In this document: in pieces, positions 63,150-64,000 of the stretch
Position numbering within the stretch: the first letter of the stretch is position 1
Layout: every line of letters starts with the position of its first letter
DNA from: the human T2T-CHM13v2.0 reference genome, Homo sapiens
Direction: 5' to 3' (one strand)
Assembly: GCF_009914755.1 (NCBI RefSeq)
Contig: NC_060931.1
DNA length: 64,000 nucleotides
Notes under the pieces: generated by a model
The model's input: only the letters and a program-made list of their open reading frames with translations
Database searches by the model: none
What the model was told of the DNA's origin: nothing
Position numbers and translations under genes: made by a program

Positions 63150-63745
63150 AGAAAGTGTTCTTTGAGCACCCACTCTGCACCAGGCTCTGTTCTAGGTGTT
63201 TGGGTAAAGATGTTACTAGAACACACAAAATTCCTTCCATGAGGGAGCTTATCTTCTAATGAAAGGAATAAGAACAACATTAATGTGCTCAATCTACAAT
63301 GTCTAATGGTATTAAGTGCTATAGAAAAAAAATAAAGAAGAAAAAGATTTCTTGGGGGAATGTGCTTGCAGTTTTTTAAATCCAATTATCAGGAAATGAG
63401 AAGCTATTCTTTGAGTAAAGATTTAAAGGTGATGAGGCACATATTTGCACATATTTGGAGAAAGCACATTTCAGGCAGAGAAGACAGCTAGTACAATGGC
63501 CCTGAGGTATAAGGATGCCCCTGTGCTAGAGAAATTTCCACTGGAGCCAGTGAGGAGGAGCAGGAAACTGGAGCAGGAGTGAGGGAGGACCAGAGTAGTA
63601 GAATACAAGGTCAAAGACTCAAGCTGTGGCGATGTGTGGACTGGGCAGAGCATACAGGATATTAGATCATCAAAAGAGAGTTATAGCTTTAATGTGGAGT
63701 GAGTTTTTAGTAGGAAATTCCATGATCTGACTCATATTTTAACAG
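63150..63745 (-). mobile_element. L2 fragment
   Basis: ttgagcacccactctgcaccaggctctgttctagg...gcacatttcaggcagagaagacagc...tgatctgactcatattttaa, typical of an L2 3' region. Confidence 0.7.
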
Positions 63746-64000
63746 AACCATGTGACCATTATAACACTTATTTGTATCAGACAAAAGATAGCCTATCGTC
63801 AGTTTTTATGTTTTTCTAACTAGCTCACCACTAATTAATAAGTGACTCCTAAAACACAAAAATGAATCATTCAACTATTATAGATAAAGCAACTGTTTGA
63901 AACCACAAAGAAATCACTTTATCTATCAACCAATGTTGACTGAGTACCTATATGTGTAAAATACTATGCGCTTACTGGGCAAAGAACTCTGATGAAATTA

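Overview
This is primate (very probably human) genomic DNA from the middle of the diacylglycerol kinase beta gene (DGKB), transcribed on the minus strand. Six internal coding exons (51040-51193, 33568-33711, 16708-16757, 13123-13197, 9097-9216, 295-412) have canonical AG/GT boundaries. They splice in frame to give TIDFEGFK...LLSGG-LRMNKG...[27 protein letters not shown]...ELNP-ILHEMM...[12 protein letters not shown]...GLCCS, i.e. the recoverin-homology N-terminus, two EF hands and the start of C1A. The rest is AT-rich intron with about 20 Alus, a young near-full-length L1PA, a two-LTR MER61-type ERV1 provirus, solo LTRs, DNA-transposon MITEs, ancient L1M/L2/MIR fragments and simple repeats. 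There are no prokaryotic-type features (operons, CRISPR, rRNA/tRNA), and I cannot show a wholly new biological system from sequence alone. The best leads are: (1) the L1 has lost about 520 nt of its 5'UTR exactly at GT...AG, so it is a spliced retrocopy (SpIRE), and it shares one target-site duplication with the upstream AluY; (2) a branchpoint-polyY-CAG|GTAAGA recursive-splice-like site lies 196 nt upstream of a coding exon; (3) a strong in-frame alternative donor would add 11 aa after EF-hand 2; (4) a MADE1 hairpin has mirrored substitutions in both arms; (5) a near-perfect p53 element survives only in the 3' LTR; (6) there are local templated duplications. Repeat subfamily names come from recalled consensus sequences and need RepeatMasker/Dfam confirmation.
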